Part shown: positions 25,656-34,353 of the stretch, piece by piece
How positions within the stretch are numbered: position 1 is the stretch's first letter
Layout of the letters: the number at the start of each line of letters is the position of its first letter
Source of the DNA: Candidatus Omnitrophota bacterium
GTDB lineage: Bacteria > Omnitrophota > Gorgyraeia > Gorgyraeales > Gorgyraeaceae
Length of the DNA stretch: 51,479 nt
Direction: 5' to 3'
Assembly (NCBI GenBank): GCA_018824725.1
Contig: JAHJGB010000062.1
Location: 1-51,479 of the forward strand
The notes under the pieces: model-generated
What the model was told of the DNA's origin: nothing
The model's database searches: none
What the model saw: the letters and a program-made list of their open reading frames with translations, nothing else
Position numbers and translations under genes: made by a program

Positions 25656-28151
25656 TCATGCTTTATGCTTTATCATTCCCATAAACATGTCATAGCCTTC
25701 GTGCTGGTATTCTATGAGCGGGTCGCGCTGGCCGTATGCCCGGAGGCCTATCCCTTCCCTGAGATTATCCATTGCGTAAAGATGGTCTTTCCATTTTGTG
25801 TCAATAACCTGCAACATGATCATTTTTTCAATATGCTGCATCAAACCCTGGGGCATATTTTTTTCTTTTTCTATATACGCTGATTTTACCGTTTCAATCA
25901 GGTAATCCAGAATACCTTCCGCGTCTTTACCTTCGACCATCTCTTCTATATTCTGAATCTTTATATTAAATTTTGACCAGAGCCATTCATTGAATTCCGC
26001 GTATTTCCAATCAGCCTTGTGCACGTCAGGATTCATATACGTAATTATCGCATCATCCAGGACTTCTTCTATAATCTCATAAATATGCCCCCTGACATTA
26101 TCGCCCGTCAGGATTTTTTTTCTCTCTTCGTAAATGACTTCCCTTTGCTTGTTCATCACATTGTCGTATTCAAGCACATGTTTGCGTATATCAAAATTAT
26201 GCTGCTCCACTCTTTTCTGGGCAACCTCGATAGCCCTGCTTATGAGAGGGTGCTGGATATCCTGGCCTTCTTCTATGCCCAGCCTGTCATAAATAGAAGA
26301 AATCCTGTCCGACCCAAAAAGCCGCATCAGGTCATCCTCTAAAGATATATAAAATTTAGACGAGCCCGGATCGCCCTGCCTGCCTGAGCGGCCCCGCAGC
26401 TGATTGTCCACGCGACGGGATTCATGGCGCTCTGTTCCCATGATATGCAGCCCGGCTAATGCCGTAACCTTGTCGTGTTCTTCTTTTACTTTTTCCCTCG
26501 CCTCAGCCAGCCATTTTTCGCGCTCCTCCTGGCTCACATCTTTAGGCCCCATGCCTTTTGCCTTCAGCCAGTCATTGACCATAAATTCAGGATTTCCGCC
26601 GAGTAAAATGTCTGTTCCGCGGCCTGCCATGTTTGTAGCAATGGTAACCCCGTTCAGCCTTCCTGCCTGAGCCACAATAGTCGCTTCCATTTCATGATAC
26701 TTTGCGTTTAAAACATTGTGCGGGATACCGCGCCTTTTTAAAATAGAACTCATGCGCTCTGATTTTTCTATTGAGATAGTGCCTACCAGAACCGGCCTTC
26801 CTTTTTTATATAATTCCTCTATCTCGTTACACGCTGCGTTGAATTTTTCTTTTTCTGTTTTATAAATCACATCCGGATGATTTGTTCTTATTAAAGGCCT
26901 GTTCGTAGGTATTGAGACTGTGTCTAATTTATAAATGTGGCTGAATTCTCCGGCCTCTGTCATTGCAGTGCCTGTCATACCCGCGAGTTTTTTATACATC
27001 CTGAAATAATTCTGGAATGTGATTGTGGCAAGCGTCTGATTTTCCCTTTCTATTTTCATCCCTTCTTTTGCCTCTATCGCCTGATGAAGGCCGTCTGACC
27101 ATCTTCTCCCCGGCATCAAGCGGCCCGTGAATTCATCCACGATAATAACCTCGCCGTCTTTTACGACATAATCCACATCCTTTTCAAAAAGATTATGCGC
27201 CTTCAAGGCCTGGATCATGTGATGACGGTATTCCATAGTGGCTATATCATGCATGTTATCCACGCCGAGCATTTTAGCCGCCTTTATCTCTCCGTCTTCT
27301 GTAAGATGCGCTGTGTTTGCCTTTTCATCTACAATGTAATCATAGCCTTTTGAGAGGTCTATGCCTTTAAATTTTGCGTCTATTTCGTCTTTTTCCAGAA
27401 TAATTCTTCCTTTTAATTTCGGCACAATCTTATCGCATGTATAATACTTATCAGTGGACTCGTCTGAAGGCCCTGAGATAATAAGCGGGGTGCGCGCCTC
27501 GTCTATAAGAATGCTGTCCACCTCATCCACAATCGCATAATTCAATTCGCGCTGGACCATATCTTCTTTTCTGACAATCATGTTGTCTCTTAGATAATCA
27601 AAGCCGTATTCATTATTTGTGCCGTAAGTAATATCGCTGCCATAAGCAAACTGCCTCAACTGCGGATCCATATCATGCTGTATAACCCCGACCGTAAGCC
27701 CCAAAAATTCATATATCGGACCCATCCAGTCTCTATCCCTGCGCGCAAGATAATCATTCACCGTTATTATATGCACGCCTTTCCCGCTCAAGGCATTTAA
27801 ATAAGCAGGCAGAGTCGCAACCAGCGTTTTTCCTTCTCCTGTCGCCATCTCGCTGATTTTTCCCTGATGCAGCACGATACCGCCGATAAGCTGGGTATCA
27901 AAATGCCGCATACGCACTGTGCGCCTTGATACTTCCCGCACAACGCTGAAAGCCTCAGGCAAAATATCATCCAGAGTTTCTCCGTCCGCAAGCCTCTTGC
28001 GGAACCAGTCTGTCTTCGCGCGCAGCTCTTGGTCAGAAAGCTTCTGGACCTCAGGTTCAAAAGAATTTATCTTATCTACCAGAGGCTTCATCCTTTTGAT
28101 TTCCCGCTCGTTCTGCGTCCCGATAATCTTACTCAACACCCAATTAAACAT
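25656..28151 (-). CDS. secA: Preprotein translocase ATPase SecA, truncated by a 7-bp tandem duplication
   Basis: Motor motifs [32 protein letters not shown] and [10 protein letters not shown]. Start taken at [11 protein letters not shown] (ATG 28151). The upstream [13 protein letters not shown] stretch is repeat read-through. Confidence 0.95.
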   Translation of the reverse strand: MFNWVLSKIIGTQNEREIKRMKPLVDKINSFEPEVQKLSDQELRAKTDWFRKRLADGETLDDILPEAFSVVREVSRRTVRMRHFDTQLIGGIVLHQGKISEMATGEGKTLVATLPAYLNALSGKGVHIITVNDYLARRDRDWMGPIYEFLGLTVGVIQHDMDPQLRQFAYGSDITYGTNNEYGFDYLRDNMIVRKEDMVQRELNYAIVDEVDSILIDEARTPLIISGPSDESTDKYYTCDKIVPKLKGRIILEKDEIDAKFKGIDLSKGYDYIVDEKANTAHLTEDGEIKAAKMLGVDNMHDIATMEYRHHMIQALKAHNLFEKDVDYVVKDGEVIIVDEFTGRLMPGRRWSDGLHQAIEAKEGMKIERENQTLATITFQNYFRMYKKLAGMTGTAMTEAGEFSHIYKLDTVSIPTNRPLIRTNHPDVIYKTEKEKFNAACNEIEELYKKGRPVLVGTISIEKSERMSSILKRRGIPHNVLNAKYHEMEATIVAQAGRLNGVTIATNMAGRGTDILLGGNPEFMVNDWLKAKGMGPKDVSQEEREKWLAEAREKVKEEHDKVTALAGLHIMGTERHESRRVDNQLRGRSGRQGDPGSSKFYISLEDDLMRLFGSDRISSIYDRLGIEEGQDIQHPLISRAIEVAQKRVEQHNFDIRKHVLEYDNVMNKQREVIYEERKKILTGDNVRGHIYEIIEEVLDDAIITYMNPDVHKADWKYAEFNEWLWSKFNIKIQNIEEMVEGKDAEGILDYLIETVKSAYIEKEKNMPQGLMQHIEKMIMLQVIDTKWKDHLYAMDNLREGIGLRAYGQRDPLIEYQHEGYDMFMGMIKHKA

Positions 28152-28158
28152 ATATTTT

Positions 28159-28243
28159 GGCACACTAAAGTGTGCCCTACAGTTTTGTCGCAAAGGCCTT
28201 CATAAACAGGCACATTGAAATGTGCCTATTCTCGGCCTTTGCC
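28159..28243 (-). repeat. Family E stop-to-start intergenic cassette
   Basis: GGCACAC-TAAA-GTGTGCC ... GCAAAGGCC ... GGCACAT-TGAA-ATGTGCC ... GGCCTTTGCC. Starts 1 nt after the prfB stop and ends 7 nt before the secA ATG. Confidence 0.85.
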
Positions 28244-28244
28244 T

Positions 28245-29345
28245 TTAATTATTTTTTGTTTTCCATTTTAAGAATGTTTCCATAAATTCATCCAGCCCGC
28301 CGCTCATTACAGTATCAACATTGGATGTCTCGTGATCAGTCCTATGGTCCTTTACCATCGAATAGGGGTGCATAACGTACGAACGAATCTGGCTTCCCCA
28401 TTCTATCTTCTGCTTCTTGGCATATTCCTGTTCCAGTTCTTTCTTCTTCTCATCCATCTTCTTTTCATAAAGCTTTGCCTTTAATACCTTCATAGCGAGG
28501 GTTTTATTTTTAAACTGCGATCTTTCTTTCTGGCACTGCACGACAATACCGGTAGGGACATGCGTAATCCTGACTGCAGTTTCTAACTTATTTACATTCT
28601 GGCCGCCCTTGCCTCCAGCCCTGTAAGTATCGATCTTTAAATCAGATTCATTGATATCTATGACTATATCATCCGCAATTTCCGGTATAACATCCACGGA
28701 AGCAAAAGACGTATGCCGTCTTTTATTTGAGTCAAAAGGGGAAATCCTGACAAGCCGATGCACGCCTTTTTCCGATTTAAGGTACCCGTATGCATAAGGC
28801 CCTGTGATAATAAGGTCCGCGCTCTTCAAGCCCGCTTCTTCGCCCTGCAGCATATCAATCATCTCAATTTTATATCCTTTTTTTTCAGCCCACATCGAAT
28901 ACATCCTTAAAAGCATGCTGGCCCAGTCGCAGGATTCAGTCCCGCCCGCGCCTGAATGGATACTGACGATAGCATTGCTTATATCGCTTTCGCCGTTTAA
29001 AAGGCTCTTAAATTCCAGGCCTTCTAATTTTTTAGCCAGCTTATCCAGAGATTCCAAAACGTCTTTTATCGAACCTTTGTCCTCTTCATCCAGCACAACT
29101 GCCAGTTCCCCCAGCTCATCAAGTTCTTTCCTGGCTTCGAAATAGGGGTCCAGCATAGCGCGCACTGTCTTTAATTCCTGGATAATAGGCCTTGATTTCT
29201 CCTGGTCATCCCAGAAACCCGGATTCGCAAGCTGGGTTTCCAATTCTTTAAGCCTGATTTCGTTCTTATCTATACTAAGATACATTTTCATATCAGAAAG
29301 CTTAGCTTCTGCGTCTTTTAATTTTATTTTGATGTCATCTAACAT
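28245..29345 (-). CDS. prfB: Peptide chain release factor 2, uninterrupted (no programmed +1 frameshift site)
   Basis: SPF tripeptide (RISPFDS) and GGQ (GKGGQNVNK). Start taken at MLDDIKIKL (ATG 29345). Confidence 0.9.
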   Translation of the reverse strand: MLDDIKIKLKDAEAKLSDMKMYLSIDKNEIRLKELETQLANPGFWDDQEKSRPIIQELKTVRAMLDPYFEARKELDELGELAVVLDEEDKGSIKDVLESLDKLAKKLEGLEFKSLLNGESDISNAIVSIHSGAGGTESCDWASMLLRMYSMWAEKKGYKIEMIDMLQGEEAGLKSADLIITGPYAYGYLKSEKGVHRLVRISPFDSNKRRHTSFASVDVIPEIADDIVIDINESDLKIDTYRAGGKGGQNVNKLETAVRITHVPTGIVVQCQKERSQFKNKTLAMKVLKAKLYEKKMDEKKKELEQEYAKKQKIEWGSQIRSYVMHPYSMVKDHRTDHETSNVDTVMSGGLDEFMETFLKWKTKNN

Positions 29346-29698
29346 ATGAGATTTTGGCACACTAAAGTGTGCCCTACAATTTTGTCGCAAAGACCTTCAT
29401 AAACAGGCACATTGAAATGTGCCCATTCTCGGTCTTTGCCTTTACCTTCTATCTCCAGCAATTTCTTTTTCAAATCCTTACCAAACGCATATTCTCCGAT
29501 AGAGCCGTCTGAATGCACGACTCTGTGGCATGGGACTATTACAGGAAAGGGATTTTTATTAAGCGCATTGCCCGCTGCCCTGGCAGCAGCAGGCCTTCCG
29601 GCCTTTTTAGCCACCCAGGCATATGTCCTTACCTCTCCAAGAGGTATTTTCTTTACAACAGTATATACCTTTTTCTGAAACGAAGTCAATTGTTTCAT
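29339..29698 (-). CDS. ogt: Methylated-DNA--protein-cysteine methyltransferase (DNA-binding/active-site domain only) with a repeat-encoded C-terminal extension
   Basis: PCHRVV active site. The conserved domain ends near ...KKKLLEIEG. The last ~34 codons ([34 protein letters not shown]) are family E sequence. Confidence 0.8.
   Translation of the reverse strand: MKQLTSFQKKVYTVVKKIPLGEVRTYAWVAKKAGRPAAARAAGNALNKNPFPVIVPCHRVVHSDGSIGEYAFGKDLKKKLLEIEGKGKDREWAHFNVPVYEGLCDKIVGHTLVCQNLIC
29356..29440 (-). repeat. Family E stop-to-start intergenic cassette
   Basis: Nearly identical to 28159..28243. Ends 10 nt before the prfB ATG and is read through by the ogt ORF. Confidence 0.85.
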
Positions 29699-29705
29699 AT
29701 ATAGC

Positions 29706-31052
29706 TTACAGCTTATAGCTTATTTTTCTCAGTTTATGGTGATATTTTAATGCGAACCTGTGGGCTTCATCCCTCACGCTCTGTATAAAATGCAATATCT
29801 CGGAGTCCCTGTTTATATCGAGCGGCTCGGATGAGCCCAGCGTATATATCCTTTCCTCCTGTTTGGCAATGCCGATCACAGGCACGTGGCTGAGATTTAA
29901 TTTTAAAAGCTCTTCATATGCCGCGGCTAGATGGCCTTTTCCGCCGTCTATTATAATCAGATCCGGAAGAATTTTCTTCTCTTCTTTCAACCTTTTGTAC
30001 CTTCTATGGACAATCTCTTTTATCATAGCATAATCATCAATGCCTTTTACATTTTTTATCCTGAATTTTCTGTAGTTTGATTTATCCGGCAGGCCGTTAT
30101 CGAAATAAACCATTGAGCCCGTGGCTTCTTTGCCGGATATATTCGATACGTCAAACGCCTCTATTTTCAAAGGCATGCTGGGAAGTTTTAAGATTTTCTT
30201 TAATTTTAAAGCGACATTGCCCCACGAGCTGTAATCAGCTGTCTTTCTGTCAGAAACCTCTAAAAGGGCCGAGAGCCTGTTGCGGATAACAGCTGCTTGT
30301 TCAAAATCTTTTTTATCGGCAAATTCTTTCATCTCGCCTGTCAATTCCTGTATCAATCTTGTTTTCTTGCCTTCCAGGAATAAGATCAGCTGCCTGACTA
30401 TCTCGTTATAAGATTTTTCATCTATTTTTTTCACGCAAGGGCCCATGCACTGCCCTATATGATAAGCTAGGCATACTTCCCCCGGAATTTTTTTACAAAT
30501 CCGCATGGGAAATATATTTTTCAATATAGTGACGGCATTTCTTAAAAGCCTTGCCTTTGTATAAGGCCCGAAATACCTGGAGCCGTCTTCAATCTTTTTT
30601 CTTGTTATAGTAAGCCTTGGGAATTTTTCGTTTAATGTGATTTTTAAAAGGGGAAAGCTTTTGTCGTCTTTTAATTCAACGTTATATTTCGGCTTTTTCT
30701 CCTTTATCAGGCTAGCTTCATATATCAGCGCCTCTTCTTCCGAGCCTGTAACCACGTAATCCAGGCCTTTAACCTTTTCCAATAGTAACATGTGTTTGGC
30801 TGTTTTCGGAGTTCGCTCCCGGAAATAGGTAGACACCCTTTTATAAAGGTCCTTGGCCTTGCCTATATAAATAGCCTCTCCCAAAGCGTCCTTCATTATA
30901 TAGACCCCGGGGAGGCGTGGGATATCCTTTATACATTCGCGGCCAGAGATCCGCACCTTTAAGGGTGCGGATGAACAATGGCCGCTCAGTATTTCGCTAC
31001 AGGAAACCGCAGGTTTTAACTCGCGGAGCTTCATTTTCTCTCTAACACCCAT
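29706..31052 (-). CDS. uvrC: UvrC-like excinuclease lacking the C-terminal (HhH)2 domain, with a repeat-encoded N-terminal segment
   Basis: 448 aa. GIY-YIG (PGVYIMKD...IYIGKAK), UVR motif (DFEQAAVIRNRL), RNase H-like endonuclease region (IEAFDVSNISG). Ends ...EAHRFALKYHHKLRK. An alternative ATG at 31034 overlaps the murJ stop. Confidence 0.8.
   Translation of the reverse strand: MGVREKMKLRELKPAVSCSEILSGHCSSAPLKVRISGRECIKDIPRLPGVYIMKDALGEAIYIGKAKDLYKRVSTYFRERTPKTAKHMLLLEKVKGLDYVVTGSEEEALIYEASLIKEKKPKYNVELKDDKSFPLLKITLNEKFPRLTITRKKIEDGSRYFGPYTKARLLRNAVTILKNIFPMRICKKIPGEVCLAYHIGQCMGPCVKKIDEKSYNEIVRQLILFLEGKKTRLIQELTGEMKEFADKKDFEQAAVIRNRLSALLEVSDRKTADYSSWGNVALKLKKILKLPSMPLKIEAFDVSNISGKEATGSMVYFDNGLPDKSNYRKFRIKNVKGIDDYAMIKEIVHRRYKRLKEEKKILPDLIIIDGGKGHLAAAYEELLKLNLSHVPVIGIAKQEERIYTLGSSEPLDINRDSEILHFIQSVRDEAHRFALKYHHKLRKISYKL
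30931..31038 (-). repeat. Family F two-hairpin element inside the uvrC 5' end, overlapping the murJ stop
   Basis: The reverse complement reads AAAATGAAGCTCCGCGAG..CTGCGGTTTCCTGTAGCGAAATACTGAGCGGCCA..TGGCCGCGAATGTAT. 108 nt equals 36 codons. Confidence 0.85.
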
Positions 31053-32548
31053 GACAAAAATTCCTTTGCCTCTTTTACGCCGAAAATAAACGCTGCGCCG
31101 ATATAACTTAGAATAGCTACTAGTATCACAATAAAAAGATTCAGGCTTATTTTAAAAGCGCACATATAAATCACAGCTGCCATTGCCAGGCTGGCCAGAA
31201 GCGCCTTTAAAAAAGAATTCAATATCCTGCGGGTATCCAGAGGCCCTATCTTTTTTCTCAATATGATAAAAAGCGCTACAAAATTAAAAATCCCGGAAAG
31301 CGAAGCTGCCAGCGCCAAGCCGCCCAGCCTTAAAGGAAACATAAGTATCAAATTAAGTGCTATATTCAGAAGAAGCGACGCTACTGCAATCTTCACAGGA
31401 GTCCGCGTATCCTGCAGAGAATAAAAACAACTTACAAGGATCTTTATACCGGAATAACTGAAAAGTCCTATGGAGTAAAAAACAAGGGCATTGGCTGTGA
31501 TAAGGGTGGAATAATGGTCAAACTTTCCTCTCTCAAACAAGGTCTTTGTTATTGGAACCGCGAGCACTATAAGGCCTATTGAAGCAGGAATAATAATAAA
31601 GTTTATAACCCTTAATGAAAAAGAAAGCGTGCGCTTTAAGTTATCCGGATCCTTTTCCAGCGCCTCCCTGGACATGGTAGGCAGGGCTGCCTGGGCTATG
31701 GCAATGCCGAATATGGCCAGAGGAAACTGAAAGATCCTGTTTGCATAATAAAGCGCCGCAACTCCTCCGGATCCCACTATAGCGGATAAAGACGCAAGGA
31801 TTGTGTTTATAAAAAGGTTCAGCTGGTACACGCATGAACCTAAAATACGCGGCAATAATAAAACGCCGATCTTATTTGCAGCCGGATGATTTAATTTTCT
31901 TGTAAATGAAAACCTGAAACCTTTTCTGTATAAGACCGGCATCTGTATGGCAAGCTGCAGCACCCCGCCTATTAAAACACCGCTCGCAAGCCCCATCACG
32001 TTTTCGCCCCAAATAATAGCGCATACTATAATAGCTATATTCAGCAGGCACGGCCCGAAAGCAGGCGCTGAAAAATGTTTCAGGGAATTCAACACGCCCA
32101 TTGTGTAGGCAGCCAGGCCTATAAGGAGTATGTAAGGAAACATCAGGCGCGTCAGTTTGACTGTTATTGCGAATTTTTCAGGGTCATCCAGAAAACCAGG
32201 CGCCATAAACCTGACAATCCAGGGTGAAGCGAAAATACCTGCAATGGTTATGGCGGAAAGTGTTATAAGCAGTAAATTCAATATGACATTTGCGAGTTCC
32301 CAGAACTCTTCTTTTTTCTTCACCATGTATTCGCTCAGGACAGGAACAAAGGCCGCGTTAGTAGCGCCTTCGCCCACCAGATCCCTGAGCATATTAGGTA
32401 TGCGGAATGCCACTACAAAAGCCTCAGCGTATCTGGCTGTGCCGAAGAACCTGGCAATTATAATATCCCTTACAAAGCCCAGCACCCTGCTTATCACTGT
32501 GGCAAATCCTATTATCCCGGCTGATTTTATAATATGTTTTTTGGACAT
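31031..32548 (-). CDS. murJ: Lipid II flippase MurJ (MviN family)
   Basis: 505 aa, about 14 TM helices. N-terminal GFATVISRVLGFVRD signature typical of MurJ. Confidence 0.9.
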   Translation of the reverse strand: MSKKHIIKSAGIIGFATVISRVLGFVRDIIIARFFGTARYAEAFVVAFRIPNMLRDLVGEGATNAAFVPVLSEYMVKKKEEFWELANVILNLLLITLSAITIAGIFASPWIVRFMAPGFLDDPEKFAITVKLTRLMFPYILLIGLAAYTMGVLNSLKHFSAPAFGPCLLNIAIIVCAIIWGENVMGLASGVLIGGVLQLAIQMPVLYRKGFRFSFTRKLNHPAANKIGVLLLPRILGSCVYQLNLFINTILASLSAIVGSGGVAALYYANRIFQFPLAIFGIAIAQAALPTMSREALEKDPDNLKRTLSFSLRVINFIIIPASIGLIVLAVPITKTLFERGKFDHYSTLITANALVFYSIGLFSYSGIKILVSCFYSLQDTRTPVKIAVASLLLNIALNLILMFPLRLGGLALAASLSGIFNFVALFIILRKKIGPLDTRRILNSFLKALLASLAMAAVIYMCAFKISLNLFIVILVAILSYIGAAFIFGVKEAKEFLSWVLERK

Positions 32549-32581
32549 TGCGTAATTATTCCTTACATTGCTTCTTTGTTA

Positions 32582-32905
32582 TTCTTTCTGACAGGCGGGC
32601 CTACGAAAAGACGCTCGCTTGCCCCAGCGAGGCAACCTTCGCTCCGCGTCGATACTAAGCAAAACGTCTGGGCTCGTCCTGTGGCAGCTGGGGTCTGAGA
32701 CGCATTAGAAAAATTTCGACAAAAATCCACAAGGAATTACGGTGAAGTTTTTATGCCGTCAAGACTACCTTCGGTATAAAAAATGAGCCGTAAACTGTAG
32801 CGGACGACGAAATTATTTCAGCGCCGAATGGCCCCAGCTACCGCAAGACACCATGCCCGCTCGAATCGACGAGGCTTTTCTTTAGGCCTGCCGGCCAGAA
32901 AGAAA
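32582..32905 (+). repeat. Family D large nested hairpin element (full copy with core 32687..32838)
   Basis: Outer stem TTCTTTCTGACAGGCGGGCCTA.GAAAAG / CTTTTC.TTAGGCCTGCCGGCCAGAAAGAA. The internal blocks match 22932..23356. Confidence 0.85.
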
Positions 32906-32925
32906 TATAATGCAACTATTATCCC

Positions 32926-32954
32926 TTGACATAATTAATAGCGTATGCTATTTT
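32926..32954 (+). promoter_or_regulatory. Sigma70-like promoter of rpsT
   Basis: TTGACA (32926-32931), 17 nt spacer, TATTTT (32949-32954). SD AAGGAG lies 6 nt before the ATG. Confidence 0.5.
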
Positions 32955-32979
32955 ATTTTCACACAAAAAGGAGCAATAT

Positions 32980-33246
32980 ATGCCAATTTTACACGCATCT
33001 TATAAAGATATAAAACAAAGCGCTAAAAGGGGTTTGCGCAATCAATCTGTAAAATCCGAGCTAAAGACAGAGACAAAGAAATTTTTAGACCTTATCTCTT
33101 CCAAAAAAATGGACGAGGCTAAAAAACAGCTTACTTATCTGATATCACAGCTTGATAAAGCGCAATCAAAAGGCATTGTTCATAAAAACACTGCCTCGCG
33201 TAAAATTTCCCGCTTGATGAAAAAAATGGAGCCCACCCGGGTTTAA
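32980..33246 (+). CDS. rpsT: 30S ribosomal protein S20
   Basis: 88 aa, basic and helical, with N-terminal HASYKDIKQSAKR... typical of S20. The last 6 codons (MEPTRV) and the stop lie in a family F element. Confidence 0.9.
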   Translation: MPILHASYKDIKQSAKRGLRNQSVKSELKTETKKFLDLISSKKMDEAKKQLTYLISQLDKAQSKGIVHKNTASRKISRLMKKMEPTRV

Positions 33247-33329
33247 GCCCGGGGTTCCTTGGGCGGAATACTGAGCGGCCATTACCTATCTGCGGTCTAA
33301 AGACCGTAGTTTTGTGGCCGCGAATGTAT
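33222..33329 (+). repeat. Family F two-hairpin element at the rpsT 3' end
   Basis: AAAATGGAGCCCACCCGGG-TTTAAG-CCCGGGGTTCCTTGGGCGGAATACTGAGCGGCCA...TGGCCGCGAATGTAT. Confidence 0.85.
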
Positions 33330-33340
33330 CAAGGCCGCAT

Positions 33341-33361
33341 AAAAGCCTGACAGCGGCTTTT
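33341..33361. terminator. Possible bidirectional intrinsic terminator between the convergent rpsT and holA genes
   Basis: Hairpin AAAAGCC-TGACAGC-GGCTTTT, flanked by T runs on both strands. The stem is short and AT-rich. Confidence 0.45.
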
Positions 33362-34326
33362 TAAGAGCACATTTTGAGTATTAATCTCTCCAGAGTAAAT
33401 TTAGGCAACGACTCGCCTGTCTTAATATCGCTGTCCGCCTTTAATATCTCATTTAAAAACCTGACTATTTCCTGAGTTTTAAGCCTGGCTGCGTAACGCG
33501 CCATCTGATCAAACTTCGAGCTGTACAGGTTCAGTTCTTTCTGTATCTCCGGCTTACTTCTTATCTTCAAAAGCTCTTTCACCCTCAAAAGCATCCTGAA
33601 CTGCCAGGACAAAAGCCCAAGCAAAAACTCTGTCTCTCTTTTTTTGTATTTCTGGATGCTAGTAAAAATATTCAGGGCCAATTTTACGTCTTTTTTTTCT
33701 ATTGCGTCCAGGAGATCGAAACTGGTCTTGAGAGGCGCAACGTATATAACCTTCTCCACGTCCCCTTTTGTTATCTCAGGCCTTTTGCCTGCGTAAAGGA
33801 TGAGATTATCAACGCTGGAACAAAGTATGTTCAAATCATTGGGAAGGTTTTCCTTTATCAAATTTATAGCTTCGACGCTTATTTTCTTGCCGACCGCTCG
33901 GACTCTTTTTGAAATCCACATATTTATTTCAGAATCAATAAGCCTGGCCAAGCGCACAAGCTTTGAAAGTTTGGACGCTTCCAATACAAACCCTTCTTTT
34001 ATCTTGGATGATTTTGAATCTATAATTAAGATTGAAGTGTCTCTGGGGTTCTTGAGATAAAAAAGCATTGATTCTTTATCGCTGCCCGAAAGGCTGTCAG
34101 CGTCTTTTAAAATCACAAACCTCTTCGGAGACATGAAAGGCGCTGTATTCAGGATATCCAGCGCCTCTTTCAGTTTGAAGTCTTTGTCTTTCGCATAAAA
34201 TACATTGTAATTCAGATCCCTGGTGGAATTTTCCAGGAATCTGGATTTTAATTTTTTAAGTTCCTCCTCTTTTAAGAAATCCTCTTCCCCTAAGAAAAGA
34301 TACGAGGTAAGCTCTTTGGTGGGCAT
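33361..34326 (-). CDS. holA: DNA polymerase III delta subunit
   Basis: About 321 aa from ATG 34326 (the longer ORF starts at a TTG). Delta-family length and helical C-terminus. The lptE-holA order is the conserved proteobacterial synteny. Confidence 0.75.
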   Translation of the reverse strand: MPTKELTSYLFLGEEDFLKEEELKKLKSRFLENSTRDLNYNVFYAKDKDFKLKEALDILNTAPFMSPKRFVILKDADSLSGSDKESMLFYLKNPRDTSILIIDSKSSKIKEGFVLEASKLSKLVRLARLIDSEINMWISKRVRAVGKKISVEAINLIKENLPNDLNILCSSVDNLILYAGKRPEITKGDVEKVIYVAPLKTSFDLLDAIEKKDVKLALNIFTSIQKYKKRETEFLLGLLSWQFRMLLRVKELLKIRSKPEIQKELNLYSSKFDQMARYAARLKTQEIVRFLNEILKADSDIKTGESLPKFTLERLILKMCS

Positions 34327-34353
34327 GATTGACAAGTTCAAAAACAATCTGTT

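Noticed and set aside
28152-28193. A shared N-terminal peptide [13 protein letters not shown] on the secA (25656..28193) and prfB (28245..29390) ORFs, which could look like a conserved leader or signal.
   Set aside because: It is translation of the family E repeat from a TTG codon. The canonical N-termini begin at ATG 28151 ([11 protein letters not shown]) and ATG 29345 (MLDDIKIKL).
28196-28225. The conserved 8-codon mini-ORF MK(A/V)FAT(K/E)L within family E cassettes, as a real upstream ORF or leader peptide.
   Set aside because: It has no SD, is only 8 codons long, is disrupted in copy D, and its sequence is also constrained by the GCAAAGGCC/GGCCTTTGC pairing. It is mentioned in the family E finding only as a testable detail.
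28245-29345. The programmed +1 frameshift site (CUU UGA C) expected in many prfB genes.
   Set aside because: The RF2 reading frame is continuous from MLDDIK through SPF and GGQ, with no in-frame UGA near codon 25.
31641-31835. Small same-strand or overlapping ORFs inside murJ, secA (27797..28060) and elsewhere.
   Set aside because: They lie out of frame inside well-supported longer genes, and their composition (Arg/Cys/Ser-rich) is typical of off-frame translation.
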